Source: Chthoniobacterales bacterium (GTDB lineage: Bacteria > Verrucomicrobiota > Verrucomicrobiia > Chthoniobacterales > UBA10450). Taken from it: a stretch of 64,000 nt of DNA. How positions within the stretch are numbered: position 1 is the first letter of the stretch; each line of letters starts with the position of its first letter. The stretch is taken from the NCBI GenBank assembly GCA_051005695.1, contig JBPCJC010000046.1, forward strand, positions 106,772 through 170,771, in the 5' to 3' direction. Under the pieces are notes generated by a model. It had not been told where the DNA came from, searched no databases, and was given only the letters and a program-made list of their open reading frames with translations. This document shows positions 17,659 to 26,768 of the stretch, piece by piece. Position numbers and translations under genes: made by a program.

Positions 17659-19059
17659 ATGCAGAATAGCCGGATGCGCCTGGGCCAGTTCGCATTCCTC
17701 GTCCTGATCTGCGCGCTCAGTTCCCAGGCCTTCGCGCAACGCCGCCTCACACTCGAAGAAGCGATCGATCTCGCGAAGCGGCAAAACCCCGAGATCGTGA
17801 TCGCGCGCAAGCAAGTGGAAGCGGCGCGCGGCGGCGTCATCGAAGCGCGCTCCGGTTATTTGCCGTCGGTCGTCTCGAGCGGATTGCTCCGTCAACGCGA
17901 ACAGCAGGAACAATCGCGGCTGCGGCAGGACGATTACAACGCCTCCCTCCGCGTGGTGCAGAATGTTTACACCGGCGGAGCGGTCCGCGGGAACCTGGCG
18001 ATCGCGCGTTTGCTCCGAGAAAAACGCGAGCTCGAGTTGGCCGCGATCGTCGACCGCGTGACCATGGATTTGCGGGTGGCCTATTACGAACTTCTGCTCA
18101 ACCGCGCGAAGATCGGCGTCCGCGAACAATCCGTGCGCGTGATGCAGGAGGAATTAAAAACGCAGCGAGAACGCCTCGCCGCCGGCACCGTCGGAGAACT
18201 CAACGTTCGGCGCGCGGAAGTCTCGCTGGCTAACGAGCAGCCGGAATTATTCGATGCCCAGGCGCGTCTGCAGAATTCCTATCTGCGCGTGGACGAGCTT
18301 TGCGGCCTCGACGCGCGCACTCATTCGACCGCGCCGCAGTTGGAAATCAGCGGCGAGCTGCGTTACCTCCCGCGCCATCCTGATCTCAACGAATGTCTCG
18401 CGCATGCCACCGCCACGCGGCCGGAAATGCGCGCCCGCCAGATCGATGTCGAAATCGAGGAACAACAATCGATCGTCGACCGCAGCGAGCTGCGCCCGCG
18501 GGTGGAAGTTTTTTCCGGCTACGAAGTTTACAACGAACGCGACCCACAGGTCGGGAGTGATCTTAATCACGGCTACGTCGTCGGCCTGAATGCCAGCTGG
18601 CACATCTTCGATGGCTTCGCGACCCGCGGACGTTTGCAGGCCACGCACGCGCGCCGCGCCGCCGCCGAGATCGGTTTGCAGGCGATGCAGCGCACGGTCG
18701 AAGCGGAAGTGCGCAGCGCGTTTTTCGATTTGCAGCAATCCGATCGCGTTCTCGAATCAGAAACGCAGAACGTCGAAACCGCGAGCGAATCGCTCGAGCT
18801 GGCGCGCGGAAATCTCGGCGCCGGGCTCGGGACGCAACTGGAAGTTTTGCAGGCGACGTCCGATGTCACTCGCAGCCGGAGCACCCGCCTGAGCGCAATT
18901 TATTTGCACAACGTCGCCCTCGCCCGCCTCGGTCGCGCGACTGCGCGTGAACCCGATTCGCTCGGCTTGGTGACGAAATTGCCTAACGAGACTGAAAGCA
19001 AACGACAGACGCGGGCGCTGCAGATGGCGCAACCGCCGAAGGCCTTGAGCAACCGATGA
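17659..19059 (+). CDS. TolC-family outer-membrane efflux protein (copy 1).
   Basis: Signal peptide: MQNSRMRLGQFAFLVLICALSSQAFA. TolC N-terminal signature: LTLEEAIDLAKRQNPEIVIARKQVEAARGGV...YLPSV. Repeated coiled-coil/beta-barrel halves. Confidence 0.85.
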   Translation: MQNSRMRLGQFAFLVLICALSSQAFAQRRLTLEEAIDLAKRQNPEIVIARKQVEAARGGVIEARSGYLPSVVSSGLLRQREQQEQSRLRQDDYNASLRVVQNVYTGGAVRGNLAIARLLREKRELELAAIVDRVTMDLRVAYYELLLNRAKIGVREQSVRVMQEELKTQRERLAAGTVGELNVRRAEVSLANEQPELFDAQARLQNSYLRVDELCGLDARTHSTAPQLEISGELRYLPRHPDLNECLAHATATRPEMRARQIDVEIEEQQSIVDRSELRPRVEVFSGYEVYNERDPQVGSDLNHGYVVGLNASWHIFDGFATRGRLQATHARRAAAEIGLQAMQRTVEAEVRSAFFDLQQSDRVLESETQNVETASESLELARGNLGAGLGTQLEVLQATSDVTRSRSTRLSAIYLHNVALARLGRATAREPDSLGLVTKLPNETESKRQTRALQMAQPPKALSNR

Positions 19060-20378
19060 AACGCCTGCTCGTTTGCGCATTCGCGCTGGGCCATTTCGCT
19101 CGACTGCAGGCGATCACGCTCGACGACGCGCTCGCCCGAACCCTGGCGCACAATCCACAAATCCACGAAGCCAAGCTGGCGCTTGAAGAAGCTGCCGGTC
19201 GTCGTCTCGTCCTGCGCGCGACCGGTTTGCCGGATGTAAAAATCGACATTCCGGCGGGCGCGCAGGGCGGAAAACGCGCCGGCGAGAACACTGTCCAGCC
19301 GTTCGCCTTCGCGCAGGGTTACCTGCGGCAACCGGTTTTTAACGCGCGCATTCCGGCAGCTTATCGGCGCGGCAACATCGAAGTCCTGATCGCAAAACAG
19401 CGGCTCAATCTCGCCGTCCTCGAGCAACTGCATGCCGCCCGGATTGCCTTCTACACCGCCGCGCATCACCAATCCTTGCACTCGTTAGGCGAGGAACAAC
19501 GCGCGCGCCTGACAAAGAATGTCCGCGCCCAAAGCGATCGCTATCAACTTGGGGAAGCACAGCGCGGCGCGGTCACGGTTGCCCGTTTGCTCGAGCAGGA
19601 ATTACCGCCGCGCCTGGAAGAATCCCGCCGCACCAGTAACGGCGCCTTGCTCAAACTCGCCGAAATCGAAGGCGAGAATCTCGACGCGTCCGCGCAGCTT
19701 CCAACTGTCGACGGCGCGCTCGAGTTCACACCGGTGCTGATCGATGTGGAGAACGAGTCCCGCGAGGCCTCGCAAGCGCGCCCGGACCTGGTGCTCGCGC
19801 GTTTGCTGGTGCGCGCGGCGGCGGAAGACCAGCGGATCATCGAGGCCGCTTATCTCCCCGCGATTAACGCGGAGATTTCCGGTAATTACATTCCGGTGAC
19901 CGACATTCGCACCGGCAGCAGTGGCTCCGCGCGGCGTTCGGACGACATCATTTCGTCCGAGCTGCGCTTCGGCGGGACTTACAGCTGGCGCGTGATCGAT
20001 AACGGAAAAACGGGCGGCGCAGTCCTTCGCGCCAAAGCCGCGCGTGCAATTAACGAGACCGTGCTCGCGCGTTTGGAAGCGGAAATTCCGCGCGAGCTCC
20101 AGCGCATCCAGAATAACCTGCGCGCGCTCGATGCGCGCCATGCCGCCTTGAGCAAAGCCGCTGTGGTCGCGGAACAAACCGTCGCCGATGTGCAAAACAA
20201 TCTCGCGCAAGGCCGCTCCTCGCAGCTCGAGTATCGCACCGCCGAAAGCAGTTTTTTAGAAACGAAAGCCGGACTGCTGACGGTGGCTTTCGAACAAAAT
20301 CTCGCCCTCGCCGAACGTGATCGCGTCACCGGGCGCTACTTTCACTTTGCCGGCGACACCGGCGCGAACGTGCGGTAG
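19056..20378 (+). CDS. TolC-family outer-membrane efflux protein (copy 2, divergent paralog).
   Basis: ITLDDALARTLAHNPQIHEAKLALEEA. ATGA overlap with copy 1. About 440 aa with the same two-repeat organisation. Confidence 0.75.
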   Translation: MKRLLVCAFALGHFARLQAITLDDALARTLAHNPQIHEAKLALEEAAGRRLVLRATGLPDVKIDIPAGAQGGKRAGENTVQPFAFAQGYLRQPVFNARIPAAYRRGNIEVLIAKQRLNLAVLEQLHAARIAFYTAAHHQSLHSLGEEQRARLTKNVRAQSDRYQLGEAQRGAVTVARLLEQELPPRLEESRRTSNGALLKLAEIEGENLDASAQLPTVDGALEFTPVLIDVENESREASQARPDLVLARLLVRAAAEDQRIIEAAYLPAINAEISGNYIPVTDIRTGSSGSARRSDDIISSELRFGGTYSWRVIDNGKTGGAVLRAKAARAINETVLARLEAEIPRELQRIQNNLRALDARHAALSKAAVVAEQTVADVQNNLAQGRSSQLEYRTAESSFLETKAGLLTVAFEQNLALAERDRVTGRYFHFAGDTGANVR

Positions 20379-20387
20379 GAGGCTGCG

Positions 20388-21545
20388 TTGAAGTTTTCTC
20401 TCTCGAAGAAGTTGCTGGCAACGCTGGTCGTCGGGTTGCTCGTAATCGCGGCGCTGCTTTGGTACGCGCTCGCGCCGGTGGCTGAGGTCTCGTTAGTCCG
20501 GCGCGGCACCGCGATCGCGGCGGTGTACGGAACGGTGCGAATCGAACCGACGCTCGTCATCCCGGTGCGCGCGCAGAACGCCGGGTTCATTCATCTGGCC
20601 GACCCGTTTTCCCTCGGGCGCGCGGCCATCGGCAAGGCGCTTCAGAAAGACGAACTGCTGGCAACGATCGCAGATGAAGCGACCGCGCGGCAGTTGAAGC
20701 AGGCGCGCACCGATCTGCAAGCGGCGCGGCAACGCGCGGAACTTCCGCTGCCGTCGTCGGAGCCCTCTAAAGTGGCAGAAGATAATGTGCAGCGGCTCGA
20801 GAAGCTGACCTCATTGAGCAACGTCCCAGCAGTTGAATACGAAAAAGCGAAAAGCGAAGTGACCCGCCTGCGCGGCGCGCTCGAGTCCGAACGAATCGAG
20901 CGGGATCGCAATCTCGCGATGCTCGACGAAGCCGCGAAAAAGCTCGAAGCGCAGATGAAAAATTCCGAGATCCGTTCGCCGATGGATGGCTTGCTGACCA
21001 ACATCAAAGCGATCGATGGAGAGCTGGTCGCGGAAGCGAACGAGCTCTTCACCGTGTCCTCGCGCAAAAATTATGTGCGCGGCGAAGTGAACGAAGAAGA
21101 CGTCGGCGAAGTGAAGATCGGGATGAAAGCGAAGCTGCAGGTCTACGCATTTCGCGACCGCGAGTTCGTCGCCAAAGTGACCGCCATTTTGCCGGCGGCC
21201 GATCCCGAGACGCAGCGTTACACCGTCGTCCTCGAACTGGAAAATCCGCCCGAGAACCTGCTCGCGGGCATGACCGGGGAGATGAACATCATCATTGGCC
21301 AGCACGGAAACGCGCTCCTCATCCCGACGCGTGCGCTCACGATCGATCAAGCGCTCATCGTCCGCAGTCACATCGTGCATGCGCGCACGATCGAGGTCGG
21401 CTATCGCACGATCGATTTCTCCGAAGTGCGCGGCGGTTTGAACGAAGGCGATCACGTCATCGTTTCCGATCAGGATAAATTCCGGCCCGGCCAATTCGTG
21501 CGCGAGCGCATCCTCGAGCCGGCCGCACCCGCCGCGAAACGGTGA
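20388..21545 (+). CDS. HlyD/MacA-type periplasmic adaptor (membrane fusion protein).
   Basis: N-terminal TM helix. Coiled-coil: ARQLKQARTDLQAARQRAEL...KLEAQMKNSEIRSPMDGLL. Barrel-sandwich and beta-barrel segments. Confidence 0.85.
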   Translation: MKFSLSKKLLATLVVGLLVIAALLWYALAPVAEVSLVRRGTAIAAVYGTVRIEPTLVIPVRAQNAGFIHLADPFSLGRAAIGKALQKDELLATIADEATARQLKQARTDLQAARQRAELPLPSSEPSKVAEDNVQRLEKLTSLSNVPAVEYEKAKSEVTRLRGALESERIERDRNLAMLDEAAKKLEAQMKNSEIRSPMDGLLTNIKAIDGELVAEANELFTVSSRKNYVRGEVNEEDVGEVKIGMKAKLQVYAFRDREFVAKVTAILPAADPETQRYTVVLELENPPENLLAGMTGEMNIIIGQHGNALLIPTRALTIDQALIVRSHIVHARTIEVGYRTIDFSEVRGGLNEGDHVIVSDQDKFRPGQFVRERILEPAAPAAKR

Positions 21546-22780
21546 CGCCGCCGCTCTACATCGCGGTGCGTTTTCTGTTGCACCGAAAGCGCGCGTTTTT
21601 TCTCAGCCTTGCGGGCGTCGTTTTTGGCGTCGCCATTTTCATCTGCACGCAAGCGCAGACCGCGGGGTTCCAGAAAAATTTCGTGGATTCAAATCTCGGG
21701 AGCAACGGCGGCCTCATCCTGAGCGAGCGCATCCAGCCGCCCGTCACCGGACTCCCGGTTTCACCGAGAATTTCCAACACCAGCGCATCGCATCGCCGTT
21801 ACCTGGAAGGCATTGACGATCCGAGCGGGATCATGCGCGTGAGCCGGCAATTTGCCGATGTCGCGGCTTGCACGCCGGTCCTGCGCGGGTTGCTCAGCGC
21901 GCGCGCCGGGTTCGAAAGCGCGACCGTGCGTTTGTTCGGAATCGATCCCGATACGCACGCGCTCACGACTAATCTGCGCCAACAAATCTCCGACGGGAGC
22001 TTCGACGATTTCCGGAACAATCCGCGCTCGCTCATTGTCGGTTCGCGACTCGCGGAAGCGCTCGGCGTGAAGGCCGGCGACACGCTGCAATTGCTCTCGC
22101 CCGGCGGCGAGTATCAGCGTTTCAGCGTGGCGGCGCTCGCGCGCAGCGGGATCGGCTCGGAGGACGCGAGCCGCATTTATAGCCATCGCAAAATTGCGCA
22201 GAGACTTCTGCTCAAGCCTTACAGCGCATCGATGATCATTTATAAATTGCGCAATCCGGAACGCGCGCCGGCCCTGGCGCAGCGCTTCGAGACGCTCTTC
22301 CACTACAAAGCCGAGAGCTGGCAGGCGCGCGAGCAAGGCAATCTGCAACTTTTCCAGACATTGCGCATCTCGGCCGCGGTCACGGTGTCGCTCATCATCC
22401 TGCTCGCGGGCTTTGGAATTTTTAACGTCCTCACCATGACCGTGCTCTCGAAATTAAAGGAGATCGCGATCCTGCGCTCGATCGGTTACCGCCGCGGCGA
22501 CATCAGCGGAATTTTTCTTTGGCAAGGCGGGATGATCGCGGTCGCGGGGGCGATCATTGGCTGTGGTGTGGGTGCGCTCATGACCCTGGGCGTCTCGCAC
22601 ATTCCGATCAAAGTGCGCGGCCTGCTCTACGCGAATTATTTTCTCGTGAGCTGGGATTGGCGGCACTACGTCCTCGCCATCGTGCTCGCGATCATCGCGG
22701 TTTTCATCGCCAGCTACGTGCCGGCGCGGCGCGCGGGTTTGCTCTCGCCGGTCGTTACGCTGCGCGGCTCGAGTGGGTAA
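21542..22780 (+). CDS. ABC transporter permease, FtsX/MacB/LolCE family (no fused ATPase).
   Basis: GTGA overlap with the adaptor gene. Large periplasmic domain between TM1 and TM2. C-terminal FtsX signature: LRSIGYRRGDISGIFLWQGGMIAVAGAIIG. Confidence 0.85.
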   Translation: MTPPLYIAVRFLLHRKRAFFLSLAGVVFGVAIFICTQAQTAGFQKNFVDSNLGSNGGLILSERIQPPVTGLPVSPRISNTSASHRRYLEGIDDPSGIMRVSRQFADVAACTPVLRGLLSARAGFESATVRLFGIDPDTHALTTNLRQQISDGSFDDFRNNPRSLIVGSRLAEALGVKAGDTLQLLSPGGEYQRFSVAALARSGIGSEDASRIYSHRKIAQRLLLKPYSASMIIYKLRNPERAPALAQRFETLFHYKAESWQAREQGNLQLFQTLRISAAVTVSLIILLAGFGIFNVLTMTVLSKLKEIAILRSIGYRRGDISGIFLWQGGMIAVAGAIIGCGVGALMTLGVSHIPIKVRGLLYANYFLVSWDWRHYVLAIVLAIIAVFIASYVPARRAGLLSPVVTLRGSSG

Positions 22781-23819
22781 AATCGAGCGGACGAATTTGG
22801 ATCGTCCAGAGCGCACGCGCGACATGCACCAGCGCGGTGGCCGCTTCCCACCACGCAATGACGACAAAAGCGCTCGCGGGCGTGCCGAGCAGCAACCCGA
22901 TCGCGAAAATCCAGATGTAGATATTGCTGCGACCGCCTAACAAACGGATTTTTGCGTCGAGCGGTGTCAGCTCGTCGATCAAGCGTCCGTAGCGTCGGAT
23001 GACGCTGAGTTTCGCCAACCCGTCGACACCTTCTGCGACGAGCAGCAAAACCAAATACCACCACGCGGTCGGCAGCAGTCCGGTGTGCCAGAGGGAAAAC
23101 GCCAGTGCGAGCGCCCAGGCGAGTTCGTAGAAAGTGTCGAACCAATGCTCGAGCTTTCCGGCTTCCGAGGTCTCGACTTTCACGCGCGCTTGTTTGCCAT
23201 CGAGGCCGTCGAGCACGCCGACGGCAAGAGCGCAGAGCGTTCCCGTCCCCAAATAACCGGCGGCAAAAAACAAAGCCGCGGCCCAGGCGACGACATTGCA
23301 GACGGCCGTGAGTTGATTCGGCGTGATCGAAGTTCGGCAAAGATGGCTAACGAAAAACGTCTCGATCGGCCCGTGCACGATTGCCGGCAAATCCTGTGAG
23401 CCTTTCTGCGCGGCATCGAGAATGCGGCGCTCGGCTTTCTTGCATTCGTCGGCTGTCGTCGGCGCTGGAAGGCAAAGTATCGGCAAATGGCGCCGCATGT
23501 TTAACGAATACGTCGGCAGCTCGGCGATTTCGATCACCCGCGCGTCCGCTTCCGGTTCGCCGCCATGCGAGACAAACGCGCCCGTAAGCCGCCCGTGGTC
23601 TAACAAGACGCACGGCTCCATTTGCGCGAGCAGCAACTCCAACAGCCGCGCGTCCCAAACGACATCGTCCGGCAAAGTCAGATGCAACTCCGACGATTCC
23701 GGCGCGATCTCGTGCGTCGCCTCGACCCGCGCGAGCGTCCGCAACAACCGCTCGCGCAACGTGATCCCGCACAGCTCGACCGACGCACCCGGTTCCCGGT
23801 TCAAAATGACAACCTGCAT
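22755..23819 (-). CDS. CDP-alcohol phosphatidyltransferase with a ~150-aa cytosolic N-terminal domain (a possibly degenerate nucleotidyltransferase-like fold).
   Basis: CDP-OH_P_transf motif: DGLDGKQARVKVETSEAGKLEHWFDTFYE (D-G-x2-A-R...G-x3-D-x3-D pattern). Multiple TM helices. The N-terminus MQVVILNREPGASVELCGITLRERLL resembles the start of NTP-transferases but lacks the GxGxR loop. Confidence 0.75.
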   Translation of the reverse strand: MQVVILNREPGASVELCGITLRERLLRTLARVEATHEIAPESSELHLTLPDDVVWDARLLELLLAQMEPCVLLDHGRLTGAFVSHGGEPEADARVIEIAELPTYSLNMRRHLPILCLPAPTTADECKKAERRILDAAQKGSQDLPAIVHGPIETFFVSHLCRTSITPNQLTAVCNVVAWAAALFFAAGYLGTGTLCALAVGVLDGLDGKQARVKVETSEAGKLEHWFDTFYELAWALALAFSLWHTGLLPTAWWYLVLLLVAEGVDGLAKLSVIRRYGRLIDELTPLDAKIRLLGGRSNIYIWIFAIGLLLGTPASAFVVIAWWEAATALVHVARALWTIQIRPLDFTHSSRAA

Positions 23820-23863
23820 AGAGCGGTGGAAATTACCTCGAAGCTTCCGATGTTACGCAGCCG

Positions 23864-24823
23864 ATGTCTGTTGCCGAATTAACTGCTCCCCCGCTCGCAG
23901 AGACGACCGCGGAAGACCGCGTCCCGGGATTATCGTTTCGTTTGCGATACAGCCCGTTGCTAGCACAGATGGTCATCGTGCGCCGCTGCAATCTCGCCTG
24001 CGCCTATTGCAGCGAGTTCGACAAAACGAGCGAGCCGGTCCCGTTCGCCACCCTCGACGCGCAACTGCGGAAGCTGAAAAATCTCGGCACCTTTGGCATC
24101 TCGCTCACCGGCGGCGAACCGACATTGCATCCGGATTTGCCACGTCTCGTTAGGCGCTGCCGCGAGCTGAAATTTTTCCGCACCGGCATGATCACGAACG
24201 GTTTCTTTTTGAAACCCGAGCTCATCCAGCAATTGAACGAGGCCGGGCTGCAGGAGATGCAAATCTCGATCGACGGCGTGAAAGGCAACGAGACCACGCA
24301 GAAGGTGCTGGATAATTTGCGCAAGCGTCTCGTCGGGCTACGCGATCACGCGAAGTTCAACGTCACCGTCAGCGGCGTCATCGGCGCCTGTCCGCCGGAG
24401 GAGGCGGAGGAAGTGGTCGCGTTCGCCACCGAGATGGGCTTCACGCCGCGCGTTCTGCTGGTCCACGATGAGCACGGACAATCAAAGTTGAGCGAGCGCG
24501 AACTGCAGGTCTACGAACGCATCGTAAAGAAGCTACCGAAAAGCTGGATGGATTTTTCCGGCTATCGCAAGCGCCTCGTGCGCGACGGCGTTTCGCCTTT
24601 CAAATGTCGCTCCGGCAGCCGCTATCTTTACATCGACGAATTCGGACGCGTGAACTGGTGCGCGCAGACGCGCGAGGTCTGGTCGAAGCCGCTCCTGCAA
24701 TACACCCGCGCCGATTTGCGCGAGCAATTCCACACCCCGAAATCGTGCAACCCCACCTGCACCATCGGCTGCTCGCGTTCCGCCAGCCAGCTCGACAAAT
24801 GGCGCGCGCAGGGCGTTGCTTGA
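23864..24823 (+). CDS. Radical SAM enzyme with a Cys-rich C-terminal (SPASM/twitch-like) region.
   Basis: CNLACAYCSEF gives the CxxxCxxC cluster. SAM-binding stretch: ISLTGGEPTLHPDL. C-terminal cysteines: FKCRSG...NWCAQ...KSCNPTCTIGC. Confidence 0.85.
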   Translation: MSVAELTAPPLAETTAEDRVPGLSFRLRYSPLLAQMVIVRRCNLACAYCSEFDKTSEPVPFATLDAQLRKLKNLGTFGISLTGGEPTLHPDLPRLVRRCRELKFFRTGMITNGFFLKPELIQQLNEAGLQEMQISIDGVKGNETTQKVLDNLRKRLVGLRDHAKFNVTVSGVIGACPPEEAEEVVAFATEMGFTPRVLLVHDEHGQSKLSERELQVYERIVKKLPKSWMDFSGYRKRLVRDGVSPFKCRSGSRYLYIDEFGRVNWCAQTREVWSKPLLQYTRADLREQFHTPKSCNPTCTIGCSRSASQLDKWRAQGVA

Positions 24824-24840
24824 TCACTCGTTAGGCCATC

Positions 24841-25548
24841 GTGGACATGCCCTCCGACATCTGGTTGAGCTGTCGCAACCTCGAACGCTATCTCGGCGAG
24901 GAAGATTCGCGCGTGCATGCATTGCGCGGGGTCTCGCTCGATCTCGAGCCCGGCAGCGTCCACGCCATCGTCGGCCCGTCCGGTTGCGGCAAGAGCACGC
25001 TCCTTTATCTGCTCGGCCTGCTCGATCGTCCGGACGCCGGCACGCTCACGATCGATCACCAACTCGTTTCCGGATTACCCGACAACGAACTGTCGGCCAA
25101 ACGCAATCAACTCCTCGGTTTCATCTTTCAATTCCACTTCCTCCTCGAGGATTTCACCGCGGCGGAGAACGTCATGATCCCGATGCGCCGGCTTGGGCAA
25201 TTGAGCGAGCTGGAGATGTCCGCGCGGGCGGCGGAATTACTCGACGCGGTCGGTCTGGGCGAAAAGCGCGCCCGTCCCAGCCGTCATTTATCCGGCGGCG
25301 AACAACAACGCGTCGCCATCGCGCGCGCGCTCGCGAACGATCCGCGCGTCATCCTCGCCGACGAACCGACCGGGAATCTCGACAGCGCCAACTCCCAACG
25401 CGCCTTCGAGTTGCTGCAAAAAATCGTCCGCGAGGGCAACAAGGCGCTCCTCCTCGTGACCCACAATCCCGCGATCGCTCAGGTTTGTGATTGGATTCAC
25501 GAGATGCAGGACGGCCTCATCGTCTCGACGCACGCGCGCGCCGCATGA
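24841..25548 (+). CDS. ABC transporter ATP-binding protein, LolD/MacB-ATPase type.
   Basis: Walker A: GPSGCGKSTLL. Q-loop: IFQFHFLL. Signature: LSGGEQQRVAIARAL. Walker B: ILADEPTGNLD. Confidence 0.9.
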   Translation: MDMPSDIWLSCRNLERYLGEEDSRVHALRGVSLDLEPGSVHAIVGPSGCGKSTLLYLLGLLDRPDAGTLTIDHQLVSGLPDNELSAKRNQLLGFIFQFHFLLEDFTAAENVMIPMRRLGQLSELEMSARAAELLDAVGLGEKRARPSRHLSGGEQQRVAIARALANDPRVILADEPTGNLDSANSQRAFELLQKIVREGNKALLLVTHNPAIAQVCDWIHEMQDGLIVSTHARAA

Positions 25549-26768
25549 GCGCGGCTGCGGGCGCGGCGCGGTTCGCAGCACTTCGATTCTGTCGCTGGCC
25601 GCGTTGGTTCCCCCGCGATGTGCTCTTGCCTTTCGCCGTGACCCGGTTGCTCCTCGCCGCAGTCGCGTGGATCGGATTTCAAATTTTTCCGTTCTCGGCG
25701 AAGCCCGACAAATGGGAGATCGGTCGCACGGGCATGATCGTGCCGACCAACGGCGGGGCATTTTCCGGCAGCCATCGTTTCGTCAACATGTGGTCACGCT
25801 GGGACAGCGAGTGGTATCTCTCGGTCGCGCAGCGCGGCTACTCGTTCAATCCGGGTCGCGATTCGAACGTGGCTTTCTTTCCGCTCTATCCAATCGCGGT
25901 CCGCGCCTTGCACGCGGTCATGCCTTGGGCGAGCGACGCCGGCTGGCTCTGCGTCGGCATTCTTCTTTCGAATCTCTCACTCGTCGTGGCGTTGGCCTAC
26001 CTGCATCGGCTGGTTCGACTCGATTATGACGAAGCGCTGGCTACGCGCGCGGTGCTCTATCTCTGTCTCTTTCCGACGACGTTCTTTCTTTCCGCGTTTT
26101 ACTCGGAGTCACTCTTCCTCGCCGTCGCCGTGAGCGCTTTTTATTATGCGCGGCGCAGTCGCTGGATACTCGCCGGTTGTCTCGCTGGCGTGGCTACGCT
26201 GGGTCGGCCGCCGGGCGGGTTGGTCGGCGTCGCCCTGGCGCTGGAATATTTCGCGCAGAAGAAATTTCGCTGGCGCGCGATCAGGGCGGATTGCCTCGCA
26301 CTGGCGCTTGTGCCGCTGGCATTGTTCGGGCATCTCGCGTTTTTGCGCTGGCGTTTCGGCGATTGGTCCGTTCTCTCGAAAGCGGAATCGGTTGCCCACT
26401 GGTCGCGCAAATTCACTCCCCCCTGGATCACGCTGGGCACCTTCTTTCAGCGGCCACATCTTGGCGCGGGCACCCACGATTCCTATCTCGATTTGCTCGC
26501 GACTCTCGGCCTCCTCGGCCTAACGACTTATTCCCTGTTCCGACTGCGCCTGAGTTACGCCTTCTACGCCAGCATCACCCTTCTCTTTCTCCTCTCCTGG
26601 CGGTCTCTGAACTCGATGCCGCGCTTCGCGGTGGCGATTTTTCCGATCATGATCGCGCTCGCCCTGCTCGGACGGAGCGTGATTTTTCATCGCGCCTACG
26701 TGGTCATTTCCGGCGGGATCGCACTCGGTTGCATGATCGCGTTTTCACACTGGGTTTGGCTCGGCTAG
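25545..26768 (+). CDS. Polytopic GT-C-type glycosyltransferase-like membrane protein (PIG-V / mannosyltransferase-like).
   Basis: ATGA overlap with the ABC ATPase stop. About 10 TM segments. The WSRWDSEWYLSVAQRGY motif is typical of PIG-V-like / DUF2029-type GT-C proteins. Family assignment is from memory only. Confidence 0.55.
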   Translation: MSAAAGAARFAALRFCRWPRWFPRDVLLPFAVTRLLLAAVAWIGFQIFPFSAKPDKWEIGRTGMIVPTNGGAFSGSHRFVNMWSRWDSEWYLSVAQRGYSFNPGRDSNVAFFPLYPIAVRALHAVMPWASDAGWLCVGILLSNLSLVVALAYLHRLVRLDYDEALATRAVLYLCLFPTTFFLSAFYSESLFLAVAVSAFYYARRSRWILAGCLAGVATLGRPPGGLVGVALALEYFAQKKFRWRAIRADCLALALVPLALFGHLAFLRWRFGDWSVLSKAESVAHWSRKFTPPWITLGTFFQRPHLGAGTHDSYLDLLATLGLLGLTTYSLFRLRLSYAFYASITLLFLLSWRSLNSMPRFAVAIFPIMIALALLGRSVIFHRAYVVISGGIALGCMIAFSHWVWLG

